The translations under genes were made by a program, and so were the position numbers. A stretch of 36,388 bases of DNA from Chiloscyllium plagiosum (Eukaryota): the NCBI RefSeq assembly GCF_004010195.1, contig NC_057719.1, positions 3,007,735-3,044,122 on the forward strand, read 5' to 3'. The notes beneath the pieces are model-generated. The model was given only the letters and a program-made list of their open reading frames with translations. It was not told the origin of the DNA and did not search any database. This document shows, in pieces, positions 12,157-22,570 of the stretch; within the stretch, counting starts at the first letter, position 1; each line of letters starts with the position of its first letter.

Positions 12157-12255
12157 GATGTGGTGTGGAGGTACTAGTGTTGGGCTGGGGTGGACAAAGT
12201 TAAAAATCACACAACACCAAGTCAAAGTCCAACAGGTCTATTTGGAAGCTAGTGC
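12157..12255 (-). mobile_element. Probable 3' terminus of a third PLE family, truncated
   Basis: gtgttgggctggggtggacaaagttaaaaatcacacaacacc...gtccaacagg...ttggaagc recalled as a common shark PLE terminus; no second copy in the window to confirm. Confidence 0.4.
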
Positions 12256-12483
12256 CACCCATCTCAGATATTCATCTGAGGCAAGTTTAAAGCCAGAGTG
12301 TAGGAGTATTCCGACATTGGAACTGGAAATATAGGTGCTACATGGGCACATTTGAGCAATTATCAGGAGGTAGCAATGTTTTATCTTTCAGACGATATAG
12401 ACTCATAGAGCCATAGAGTCATAGAGTTATACAGCACAGAATCAGACCTTTTGATCCTACTCATCATGTTGACCAGATATCCT

Positions 12484-14118
12484 GGATGTAAGTTTACTCA
12501 CTGAGCTGGAAGGTTCATTTTCAGGCATTTTGTCACCATATTAGGTAAGATAATCAGTAAGCCTCCAGTGAAGCACTGATGTTAGTGACCCACTATTTAT
12601 GTGTTTAGGCTTCCTTGAAGTTTGAAGTTTAAAGGAGCACCAATGTACAGATTAGCCAAGGAGCTACACCAAAGACTAAAACACTTAGTAGAAGACTCAG
12701 ACCACTCCATCCATGCCACCCAAGAAATTCTGAAGATCACCAAAAACACCAAAATAGAATAGGATGAAATAATCGTTTCCTTTCAAGTAACAGACCTGTT
12801 CACATCCATCAACATCAACTTGGCCAAGGAACACTGACTACACTATTAGAAGAACCAAAGACACCAAACACCACCAACTTCATCAGCAAGGACAATATCG
12901 ACAGGTTGACCTAAGTCATATCACCCACTTCACTTTCAATAACAAAACCTACAGACAAACCAACGGAACCCCCATGGGATAGCCGATATCAGGGTTCTTA
13001 GTAGAGGCAGTAATGCAGAGATTCAAACAAACAGCTCTGCCAACCATCCAACCCAAACTTTGGGTCCGCTACGTGGATGACCCATCACTAAATGAAACAA
13101 ATTAGAGGAAACCTTCAAGACCATCAATAATTCCCTTACTGGTATAAAAATTCACTAAAGAGGAGGCAAACAACAACAAACTGCCATTCCTAGATATCAC
13201 AGTAGAGCGAACAGCCAATGGAGAACTTCAAACCAGCATCTACAGGAAAACACACAGACCAAATACTGAACTGCAGTAGCAATCATCCCAACATCCACAA
13301 ACGAAGTTGCATTGGAACATTACTTCAATGAGCCACCACACTGCAGCACAGAGGAACTATGAAGAGCAGAGGAAAATCACTTATGCAGTGTATTCAAGAA
13401 GAACAGGTACCCAATGAACACAGATTGCCAATTTCTCAGCAACAAACCCAAACAAGCAGACAAACGCATCCAGAAACCCCATCCACTCTCCTCTACATCA
13501 AAGACATTTCAGAAATGACTGCCAGACTACTTAGACCCTTTGGCATCATGGTAGCCCACAAACCCATCAACACACTAAAACAGCAGCTAATGGACTTGAA
13601 GGACCCCATACAGACAACAGGCAAAACTAATGTCATTTCCAAAATACCGTGCAAGAACTGTAACAAACACGACATTGAACAAACGGGCAGAAAACTAGCC
13701 ACCAGGAACATCAACTAGCCACAAAAAGACATGACCCATTCTCGCTAGTATCCTTACATATGGATGAGGAAGGGCAACACATCCATCCTAGGACAAGACA
13801 AACTAAGACATACACGAGAATTACTAGAAGCATGACATTCCAACTGGAACTCTATCAACAAACACAGTGATTTGGACCCCATTTACCACCCTCTGAGAAA
13901 AAGAGCTGGAAATGGCATCACCACAAGAAATGGCATCAACAACCCAAGGAAACCTAAACACATAAATAGAAAGCGGGTCACTGACACCAGTGCTTCACTA
14001 GAGGTTCACTGATGATATTACCTAGTACAGTGATGGAACATCTGAAAATGAACCTTCCAGTTCAGCGAGCAAACTTACATGCAGAACCTCAACCTGAGCT
14101 ACAAATTTTCTCATGAAT
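12484..14118 (+). mobile_element. Penelope-like element family 2 (decayed RT + GIY-YIG) with inverted 5' pseudo-LTR
   Basis: NGTPMG*PISGFL, WVRYVDD, LPFLDI, NVISKIPCKNCNKHDIEQTGRKLATR; 12484-12618 is the reverse complement of about 13945-14083; 9-bp TSD agatatcct (12475-12483 / 14119-14127). Confidence 0.93.
14005..14046 (+). ncRNA. Decayed hammerhead motif in the 3' pseudo-LTR (decayed antisense copy at about 12516-12560)
   Basis: UUCA-CUGAUGA-U-stem-GGAAC-AUC-UGAA; helix I UUCA/UGAA intact, core GAAA mutated. Confidence 0.55.
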
Positions 14119-14838
14119 AGATATCCTAAATTAATCTAGTCACATTTGCCAGCATTTGGCCCAGATCCCTCTAAACCTTTCCTGTTCATATACCCATCAA
14201 ATGCCTTTTCAATGTTGTAATTGTACCAGACTTTAGCACCTCTTTTTACAGATCATTCCATACACACGCCACCTTCTGTGTGAAAAACCTTAAGTTCCTT
14301 TTGAATTATTCCCCTCTCACCTTAAATATATGCCCTCTAGTTTTGGACTGGGGAAAGGATCTTTACTCTTTCTGTGCCCGTCATGATTTTATACATCTCT
14401 ATAACGTCACCCTTCAGCCTCCAATGCTTCAGGGAAAAAAGCTGCAGTCTATTCAGCCTCTCCCTATAGCTCAAACCCTCCAATTCCTTGTAAATCTTTC
14501 CTGCACCCTTTCAAGTTTCACAACATCTTTGCTAAAGCATGGAGGCCAGAATTGAATGCAGTATTGTAAAAGTTGCCTAACCAATGTCATGTCCGCAACA
14601 TGACATTCCAACTCCAATACGCAATGCACTGACCATTAAAGGCAAGCATACCAAATGCCTTCTTCACCACCCTGCCTACCTGCGACACCATTTTCAAGGA
14701 ACTAGGAACCTGCATGCCTCGGTCTCTTTGTTCAGCAACACTCCCTAGGAGAAAGTGAGGTCTGCAGATGCTGGAGATCAAAGTTGAAACTTTATTGCTG
14801 GAACAGCACAGCAGGTCAGGCAGCATCCAGGGAACAGG

Positions 14839-14878
14839 AGATTCGACGTTTCGGGCACAGGCCCTTCTTCAGGAATCC
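14839..14878 (-). ncRNA. Minimal type-I hammerhead ribozyme, intact
   Basis: GGAUUC-CUGAAGA-A-GGGC-CUGU-GCCC-GAAAC-GUC-GAAUCU: 6-bp helix I, 4-bp helix II, full core; predicted cleavage between 14845 and 14844. Confidence 0.85.
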
Positions 14879-14911
14879 TGAAGAAGGGCCTGTGCCCGAA
14901 ACGTCGAATCT
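14872..14911 (+). ncRNA. Minimal type-I hammerhead ribozyme, mirror copy
   Basis: GGAAUC-CUGAAGA-A-GGGC-CUGU-GCCC-GAAAC-GUC-GAAUCU; helix I has one A.A mismatch at the palindrome centre; predicted cleavage after 14905. Confidence 0.75.
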
Positions 14912-15499
14912 CCTGTTCCCTGGATGCTGCCTGACCTGCTGTGCTGTTCCAGCAATAAAGTTTCAACACTCCCTAGGACCTTACCGTTAACTATATAAAT
15001 CCTGCCCTGATTTGCCTTACCAAAATGCAATACCTCACATTTCTCTACATTAAACTCCATCTGCCACTCCTCGGCACATCGACCCATCTGATCAAAATCC
15101 CATTGTACTCTGAGGTAACCTTCTTCACTGTCAATTACTCCATCGATTTTGGTGTCATCTGCAAACTTACTAACTATACCTCTTGTATTCACATCCAAAT
15201 CATTTGTATAAATGACCAAAAGCAGTGGACCCAGCACCGATGCTTGTGGCACACCACTGGTCACAGGCCTCCAGTCTGAAAAACAACCCTCTGCCGCCAC
15301 CTTCTGTCTCCTACCTTCAAGCCAAAGTTGTAGCCCCCTGGGATGGCTAGCCGTCCCAGGATTCCATATGATCTAACCTTGCTAACCAATCTACCATGCA
15401 GAACCTTATCAAGCATCTTGCTGAAGTCCATATGGACAGTTTCTAATGCTCTGCCTTTGTCAGTCTTCTTTGTCACCTCCTCAAAAGATGATTAAGCTA

Positions 15500-16425
15500 G
15501 GGCTCCATGTATCCTCACTGGTGGGTATAAAGATCTTAAACTGTTATATTAAAAGAGAGTAAAGGAGCTCTTCTAAGTCTCTTGGGCCAGTATTTATCTC
15601 TCAATTACGAAAACAAATAATCACTGGCCACCATAAGACCATAAGACATAGGAGTGGAAGTAAGGCCATTCGGCCCATCAAGTCCACTCCGCCATTCAAT
15701 CATGGCTGATGCGCATTTCAGCTCCACTTACCAGCGTTCTCCCCGTAGCCCTTAATTCCTCGAGACAACAAGAATCTATCAATCTCGGCCTTGAAGACAT
15801 TTAGCGTCCCGGCTTCCACTGCACTCCGTGGCAATGAATTCCACAGGCCCACCACTCTCTGGCTGAAGAAATGCCTCCGCATTTCTGTTCTGAAATGACC
15901 CCCTCTAATTCTAAGGCTGTGTCCACGGGTCCTAGTCTCCTCGTTTAACTGAAACAATTTCCTAGCATCCACCTTTTCCAAGCCATGTATTATTTTGTAC
16001 GTCTCTATTAAGTCTCCCCTTAATCTTCTAAACTCCAACGAATACAATCCCAGTATCCTCAGCCGTTCCTCATATGTTAGACCTGTCATTCCAGGGATCA
16101 TCCATGTGAATCTCCGCTGGACACGTTCCAGTGCCAGTATGTCCTTCCTGAGGTGTGGGGACCAAAACTGGACACAGTACTCCAAATGGGGCCTAACCAG
16201 AGCTTTATAAAGTCTTAGTAGTACATCTCTGCTTTTATATTCCAACCCTCTTGAGATAAGAGACAACATTGCATTCTCATTGGTGTATATGGGATCTGTC
16301 TGTGTGTAACTTGCCTGCTGCATTTCTCTGCATCATAGTAGTAACCTCACTTCATAAATATTTCATTGACCAATAAGATGCTTTGGTCATCTTGAGGTCA
16401 TGAAATGAGCTACAGGAATGGACCT
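15500..16425 (+). mobile_element. Deu-domain SINE (15500-15631 + 16276-16425) split by a young CR1
   Basis: The two halves join into a SINE body plus Deu core (cattggtgtatatgggatctgtctgtgtgtaacttgcctgc...cacttcataaatatttcattg). Confidence 0.6.
15632..16275 (-). mobile_element. Young 5'-truncated CR1 LINE
   Basis: Open frame through the ORF2 C-terminus (LVRPHLEYCVQFWSPHLRKDILALERVQRRFT...GYGENAGKWS*); (ccataaga)n tail; CpGs retained. Confidence 0.95.
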
Positions 16426-17629
16426 TCATTTGCCTGACATTGATGACCTTTAACCTCACAGATGTGATGAATATCTCTGTGTAATAACCTTGTTATGTAG
16501 CAGAGTCCAGAGTGGGGCCTCCGAGTCTCACTTGGCAATGCTTAATGCAGAGTTGGAAACCACTATGCAAACTGTTTTCTTACAGGACAGAGGCCTGGCA
16601 CCCAGTCTGTGGGTTTTTAAATGTCAATATGAACGTTCATAACCTGAAGAGTGCAAAGGACTCAATGACTGAACCACCGTGATGGGTGCATGGATAGGAC
16701 ATGCACCCATCTCACCTCCAACCATACCATTAACACCTACAATTCAAAATGTCAATCTGAGTAGAGGCTAATGAAAAGATGAGTCAATGTGTTGCTGTCA
16801 CAGGAGTGTGTTCTCTGCCCCCTGACAACAAGTACTTGGAACTAAGAAGCCAATAATTACCTAGGAGATGGCACATTAAAGTCATTGCAAATTACAAGCT
16901 TCTGATGAGGAATAAATATGAGACAAGAATTATGCAATTTCTGCTGATATAAAGACAACGCAGCCAGGATCTCTCCTCTCTACCTCCTCCTCCACCACCG
17001 AGCATACACTTTGATATATAAAATGCTTCCTCGGGTACATGCAGAGTCCAATACAGGTGCACAATCACAAGCCCAGCTTCCCAAAAGCAGACCTTTCCTG
17101 AAAACATGACTGTCTATGATTGATGGTTTCTCACATGGAAGAGATTGCACTGATGTGAGGAAATGGAGGAGGAATGAAGTGTTATTAGGTCCATTGTGTG
17201 AAAAATGATTTAGTATCAGCAGCAACATGGCCATTAACTGAAAGTACTTTCCAATTATATCATTGATTTTCCAGCATCCCCTATTCATTGAAATAAGACA
17301 TCCTTATCTGAATTAATGCACTGCAATTTTCTGCTTCTTGATAACTGCCGATTTTGAACATCTGGTGTGATGTGCATCCTCAGTGCAGCTGCAACATGAC
17401 TCCAACAGACGGGAGATGACCAGCGTCAACAGCCATGTCAAACCATGCCCATGACAACTGTCAAGGAAGCTGCAATTTCCAGGACACTCACGGGATTATG
17501 GCCAGGGTCAGAACTTCTTCCTAGCTGACAGGCTGACAGGTGGTGAAATCAATAGTGGCAGCGGCAAGAGCAGACAGCACAGCATCAGAACAAGAGAGGA
17601 AACCACGACTGGATCACTCTATATCACAG

Positions 17630-18092
17630 ACCCACCCTGGTCATTGTACACAAACACCCGAATCATTGTACATAAACCCTGATCATTGTACACACACAGA
17701 CACTCTGATCATTGTACATAGACACAAACACCCTCATCATTGTGTACACACACACACACACACACATACACACCCTGATCATTGTACATACACACGCACT
17801 GATTATTGTATGCACACACCCTGATCATTGTACATACACACGCACTGACCATTGTATGCGCACACCCTGACCATTGTACATACACACGCACTGATCATTG
17901 TATACACATACCCTGATCATTGTACATACACATACATACAGACACCCTCCCCATCATTGTACATACACACACACCCTCATCATTGTACACAAACACCCTC
18001 GTCATTGTACACACACACACACACCGTGATCATTGTACATACACACACACTGATCATTCTATACACACAACCTGATCATTGTACACATACAC
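17630..18092 (+). repeat. Minisatellite, unit CCCTGATCATTGTACA(YA)n of about 20-26 nt, about 18 units
   Basis: Directly visible tandem units. Confidence 0.92.
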
Positions 18093-18207
18093 CCTTTTGG
18101 AACAAAAATGCAATGAGAAGTGCTGTATAAATTAAGGTTGAGTTTAATGCAGATACAATAAAAGAAATGAACAAATACTTGGCACCTGCATTTTAATCAA
18201 AGTGTGA

Positions 18208-18496
18208 ATCTGTACAATGATCAGGGTGGGGCATGCACTCTGTAAAATAAAAGGGCTCTGTCATAAAATCAGGGAGGGTATGTCTACAAAATGATCAGGG
18301 AGTGTGTCAGTACAATGATCATGGTGTGTGTGTACAATGATTAGGGTGTGTGTGTATAATGATCATGATGTGTGTGTACAATGATCATTGTGTGTGTGTG
18401 TACAATGATCTGGATGTGTGTATACAATGACCTGAATGTTTGTGTACAATGACCTGAGTGTTTGTGTACAATGATCAGTGTGCATGTGTACATGAT
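18208..18496 (-). repeat. Same minisatellite in inverted orientation; resumes at 20708-20762 after a CR1 insertion
   Basis: tgtgtacaatgatcagggtg units. Confidence 0.9.
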
Positions 18497-19017
18497 ATAG
18501 GTATGTGAGGAATAAAAGGATGATTAGGGTAGGAATCGGGCCAGTCAAAGACAGAAGTGGGAAGTTGAGTATGGACCCTGTGGAGATCGGAGAGGTGCCA
18601 AACAAACATTTCTCATCAGTTGTCACTCAGGAAAGGGAGAATATTGTAGGCGAGAAGAATGAGGGACGAGATATTAGACTGGAAAGGATCGAGGTTAGTT
18701 ATGAACAGGTGTTATCAATTCTAGAAGGAGTGAAAGTAGACAAGTCCCCTGGGCTGGATGGGATTTATCCGAGGATTCTCTGGACACTAGGGAGGAGATA
18801 GCAGAGCCTTTGGCTTTGATATTTGAGTCATCATTGTCTACCTGAGGACTGGAGGATTGCAAATGTTGTGCCCTTGTTCAAGAAAGGCAGTAGAGATGAC
18901 CCAGGTAATTTTAGACCAGTTAGCCTTGCTTCTGATATCGGAAAGGTTTTGAAAAGGATTATAATTATCTCGCAAGCAACAATTTGATTTCAGTTAGTTA
19001 ACATGGTTTTGTCAAGG

Positions 19018-19493
19018 CAAAAACAAGGATTGCAGATGCTGGACATACACACCCTGATCATTGTACATACACACGCACTGATTATTGTATGCACACACCC
19101 TGATCATTGTACATACACACACACTGACCATTGTATGCGCACACCCTGACCATTGTACATACACACGCACTGATCAATGATCAGGCAGCATCCTAGGAGC
19201 AGGAAAATCGACGTTTCGGTCAAAAGCCCTTCATCAGGAATAGAGGCATGGTGCCTGCAGAGTGGAGAGATAAATGAGAGGGGGCTGGAGGTGGGAAGAA
19301 AGTCGCATAGAGTACAATAGGTGAATGGGGGTGGGGATTGGGGTGATAGGTCATAGAGGAGGGCTTCCTTTCCACCTATCCACTCCACCCTCCTCTCTGA
19401 CCTATCACCTCCATCCCCACCCCCATTCACCTATTGTACTCTATGCTACTTTCTCCCCACCCCCACTCCCCTCTCATTTATCTCTCCACTCTG
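19018..19493. mobile_element. PLE family-1 mini-insertion D with fold-back 5' part and hammerhead at 19206-19241 (-)
   Basis: Imperfect TSD atggtt(t/c)tgtcaagg (about 19002-19017 / 19495-19509); inverted arms about 19258-19363 / 19388-19493; CUGAUGA-A-GGGC-UUUU-GACC-GAAAC-GUC. Confidence 0.85.
19043..19176 (+). repeat. 134-bp copy of minisatellite segment 17764-17897
   Basis: Identical but for one substitution, including the order of unit variants. Confidence 0.92.
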
Positions 19494-21654
19494 AATGGTT
19501 CTGTCAAGGGCAGGTCGTGTCTCACAAACCTCATTGAGTTTTTTGAGAAGATGACCAAGCATGTAGATGAGGGTAGGGCAGTTGACATGGTATACATGGA
19601 CTTCAATAGAGACTGTGATAAGGTTCCATATGGTAGGCTGTTGAGAAAAGGCAGAGGCATGGAATTGAGGGTGATTTCGCAGTTTGGAGTAGAAACTGGC
19701 TTTCTGAAAGAAGGTAGCGAGTGGTGGCTGATGGAAAATATTCAGCCTGGAGTCTGGTTACTAGTGGTGTACCACAAGGATCTGTTTTGGGACCACTGCT
19801 GTTTGTCAGTTTTATAAATGACTTAGACGTAGGCATAAATGGATGGATTAGTAAATTTGCAGATGACACTAAAGTCAGTGGAGTAGTGGATAGTTTGGAA
19901 GAATGTTATGGGTTGCAGGGGGACTTGGATAAACTGCAGAATTGGGCTGCGAGGTGGCAAATAGAGTTCAATGCAGCTAAATGTGAGGTGATGCACTTTG
20001 GGAAGAATAACAGGAAGGCAGGGTACTGGGTCAATGGAAAAATTCTTGGTAGTGTGGATGTGCAGAGGGATTCCATGTACATAGATCCCTGAAAGTTGCC
20101 ACCCAGGTGGATAGTGCTGTTAAAGCATACGGTGTGTTAGGTTTCATTCATAGAGGAATTGAGTTCCAGAGCCGCAAAATCATGCTGCAACTGTACAAAA
20201 CGCTAGTGCGGCCACACTTGGAATATTGTGTACAGTTCTGGTTGCCATATTTCGGGAAGGATGTGGAAGCATTGGAAAAGGTGCAGAGAAGATTTACCAG
20301 GATGTTCCCTGGTCTGGAGGGAAGGTCTTATGAGGAAAGACTGAGAGACTTGGGTCAGTTACCATTGGAAGGAAGAAGGCTAAGAGGGGATTTGATAGAG
20401 ACATACAAGATGATCAGAAGATTAGTTAGAATGGACAGTGAAAGTCATTTTCCTAGGACGTAACTATAAATTGAGGGGTGATCGATTTAAGACAGATGTC
20501 AGAGGCAGGTTCTTTACACAGAGAGTGATAGGGGCGTGGAATGCCCTACCTGCTAATGTAGTCAACTCAGCCACATGAGGGAGATTTAAACAATCCTTGG
20601 ATAAGCACATGGAATGTGATGGGATAGTATAGGGGACGAGCTGAGAATTGTTCACAGGTCGGCGCAGCATTGAGGGCCAAAGGGCCTGTTCTGTGCTGTG
20701 TTGTTCTATGATCAGGGTGTATATGTGTGTACAATGATCAGGGTGTTTGTGTATAAAATGCACATAACAATAAATAAATCAAATCAAAATCAAATCAATC
20801 TTCATGTTTGTCTGTGAGATCCATGCTGAAATGCTTTGGATCATTTAACCATGACAAAGAAATACGACTTAAATACGAATATGCTTACTTAATTCCTACA
20901 AATGTTGAGCAGTTTTAGAAATTATTATTGACATGTTCATGCTTTGAGAAAGCTGTTAACTTGATCAGTTCAATTGTTGTGACAAATGAATGCAGTGCCT
21001 ACATCTGAAATGTTCATCTATTAATAATATTAGAGGTCTCATCTTATAATTACTGAGACATCTTTGTGATGACCTTAATGATTACCTGTTGATCTAGACC
21101 TTTGGCATGGTTGGTTCCATTCAGCCACAGTTCTTTGCCTTGAAATCTTTCTCAAACACATAATTAACTATGTCCCACTTTACACATCATCACAAATTCA
21201 GAGCTGTGTCAGAGCAGTATGCACATTCACTGCATTAATACAGCATGCACCACGCTTTTGGAAATGAATCTTTTATTAAAATCATTAAAGCTGTAAATAT
21301 TTTAAAGTTTTAGATATCCATTCATAATTCAGCTGCTGACCCTGAGATTAATTTTAATGCTGAAGAATTGTCAGCAATTCTCAGCTAAGTAGCTGACCCA
21401 GCTAAGGCTTGATCTGTATCAGGTTATAGATAACCTTAAGGTTAGCTGTTCTTACAGCAGTTGACACGCTTCAAGAATGTCATGGTTTTGGATGTAGAAA
21501 TTCTCCAGGATTCCTGTTCATGGTTATTTCTGATTATCCCTGCCTGGAAGGGACACACAATCTCTGTGTGAAAGGTTGGGGAGTTAGATGGGGTATGTGC
21601 AATTATGAGACGGAGGCAGTTAGATGGGGTGCAATGTGTTACTGAGAGGATGAG

Positions 21655-21830
21655 AGTTGGATTTGATTTGATTTTGTCACTGTCACATGTACTGAGATAC
21701 AGTGAAAAGAATGTTTTGTGTGTTATCCAGGCAAATTACATTGTACATAAGAACAACAGGATAATAGAACAGAATGCAGACTGTAGCGTAACAGTGAGAG
21801 AAGGTGCAGAGAAAGATTAATTAATTTGAA
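21655..21830 (-). mobile_element. Rex1/Babar-like LINE 3' tail fragment
   Basis: Reverse complement resembles the tail at 29725-29780 (cttttcactgta..tcagtaca..tgaca..aaatcaa); a similar remnant lies at about 1105-1170. Confidence 0.55.
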
Positions 21831-22087
21831 TATGAAGTACAGTGTGTATAACCGTGGGGATTAGATGGGATACATTGTGTTTCTGAAAGGAAATGGAGGC
21901 GGATTATGTGAAAGTATGGAATATTGAATAAGAAACAGTTATTGTGTGAAATAATGGATAGGATACAGTTATTTTGTGAAAGAATGCAGAGCATGTGGCA
22001 CCTTTGTGAATGTCTCTTTAGCTGTTTTGGGGATATGTGCATCACTGGTTGGCCACGCATTTGTTACCAATCCAAGTGCTCTTGAGC

Positions 22088-22407
22088 AGATTAGATTAGA
22101 TTCCCTACAGTGTGGAAACACACCCTTTGGCCCAACCAGTCCACACCGACCCTCCGAAGAGTAATCCACTCAGACCCATTTCCCTCTGACTACTGCACCT
22201 AACACTATGGACAACTTAGCATGGCCAATCCACCTGACCTGCACATCTTTGGACTGTGGGAGGAAACTGGAGCACGCGGAGGAAATCCACACAGACACGG
22301 GGAGAATGTGCAAACTCCACACAGACAGTCACCCGAGGCTGGAATCGAACCTGGGACCCTGATGCTGTGAGGCAGCAGTGCTGACCACTGAGTCACTGTG
22401 CCGCCCC
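22088..22407 (-). mobile_element. HE1-type tRNA SINE, full length
   Basis: B box GGTTCGATTCC, body homologous to the other copies, (agatt)3 tail. Confidence 0.92.
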
Positions 22408-22409
22408 TC

Positions 22410-22570
22410 ATAGTTCCCTGTAGTTCCCAAGCTTCTCTCTATAGCCTTTCTTAAATAAAGGCACAACATTAGCCACCCTCCAGTCTTCTGGCACCTCACA
22501 TAGTTATAGATGATACAAAACACTTCTGCTAAGTGCTCTGCAATTTCTTCCCAACCTTTCCACAACGGCC
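22410..22570 (-). mobile_element. CR1 ORF2 fragment
   Basis: EEIAEHLAEVF followed by a frameshifted PEDWRVANVVPLFKK. Confidence 0.8.

Larger units (their letters stand above)
14751..14963. mobile_element. PLE family-1 fold-back mini-insertion C (perfect 185-bp palindrome)
   Basis: Arms 14783-14874 and 14876-14967 are exact reverse complements around a single A at 14875; 32-nt tail 14751-14782; 15-bp TSD caacactccctagga (14736-14750 / 14964-14978). Confidence 0.95.
12397..15497 (-). mobile_element. CR1 LINE split into 12397-12483, 14119-14750 and 14964-15497 by two PLE insertions
   Basis: (catagagt)n tail; [38 protein letters not shown]; becomes colinear with the copy at 34131-35090 once the inserts and TSDs are removed. 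Confidence 0.92.
18496..20709 (+). mobile_element. CR1 LINE, 5'-truncated, containing PLE mini-insertion D
   Basis: [62 protein letters not shown]; 3' tail tgttctatg; same family as 26182-29033. Confidence 0.95.

Noticed and set aside
8538..14967. MITE / DNA-transposon interpretation of the fold-back elements
   Set aside because: The inverted repeats are not terminal (one-sided ~33-nt tail), TSD lengths vary from 10 to 18 bp, and the module is linked to a PLE GIY-YIG in copy F
14778..14990. Nearly identical peptides on opposite strands (KLYCWNSTAGQAASREQE...), with similar peptides at 8579, 29265 and 32147
   Set aside because: A consequence of the DNA palindrome and the repeat family; not a protein family
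17540..18130. His/Thr-rich ORFs
   Set aside because: Translation of the minisatellite
17630..18496. CRISPR-like repeat/spacer appearance
   Set aside because: The spacers are short (CA/TA)n runs, not unique sequences; vertebrate context, no cas genes
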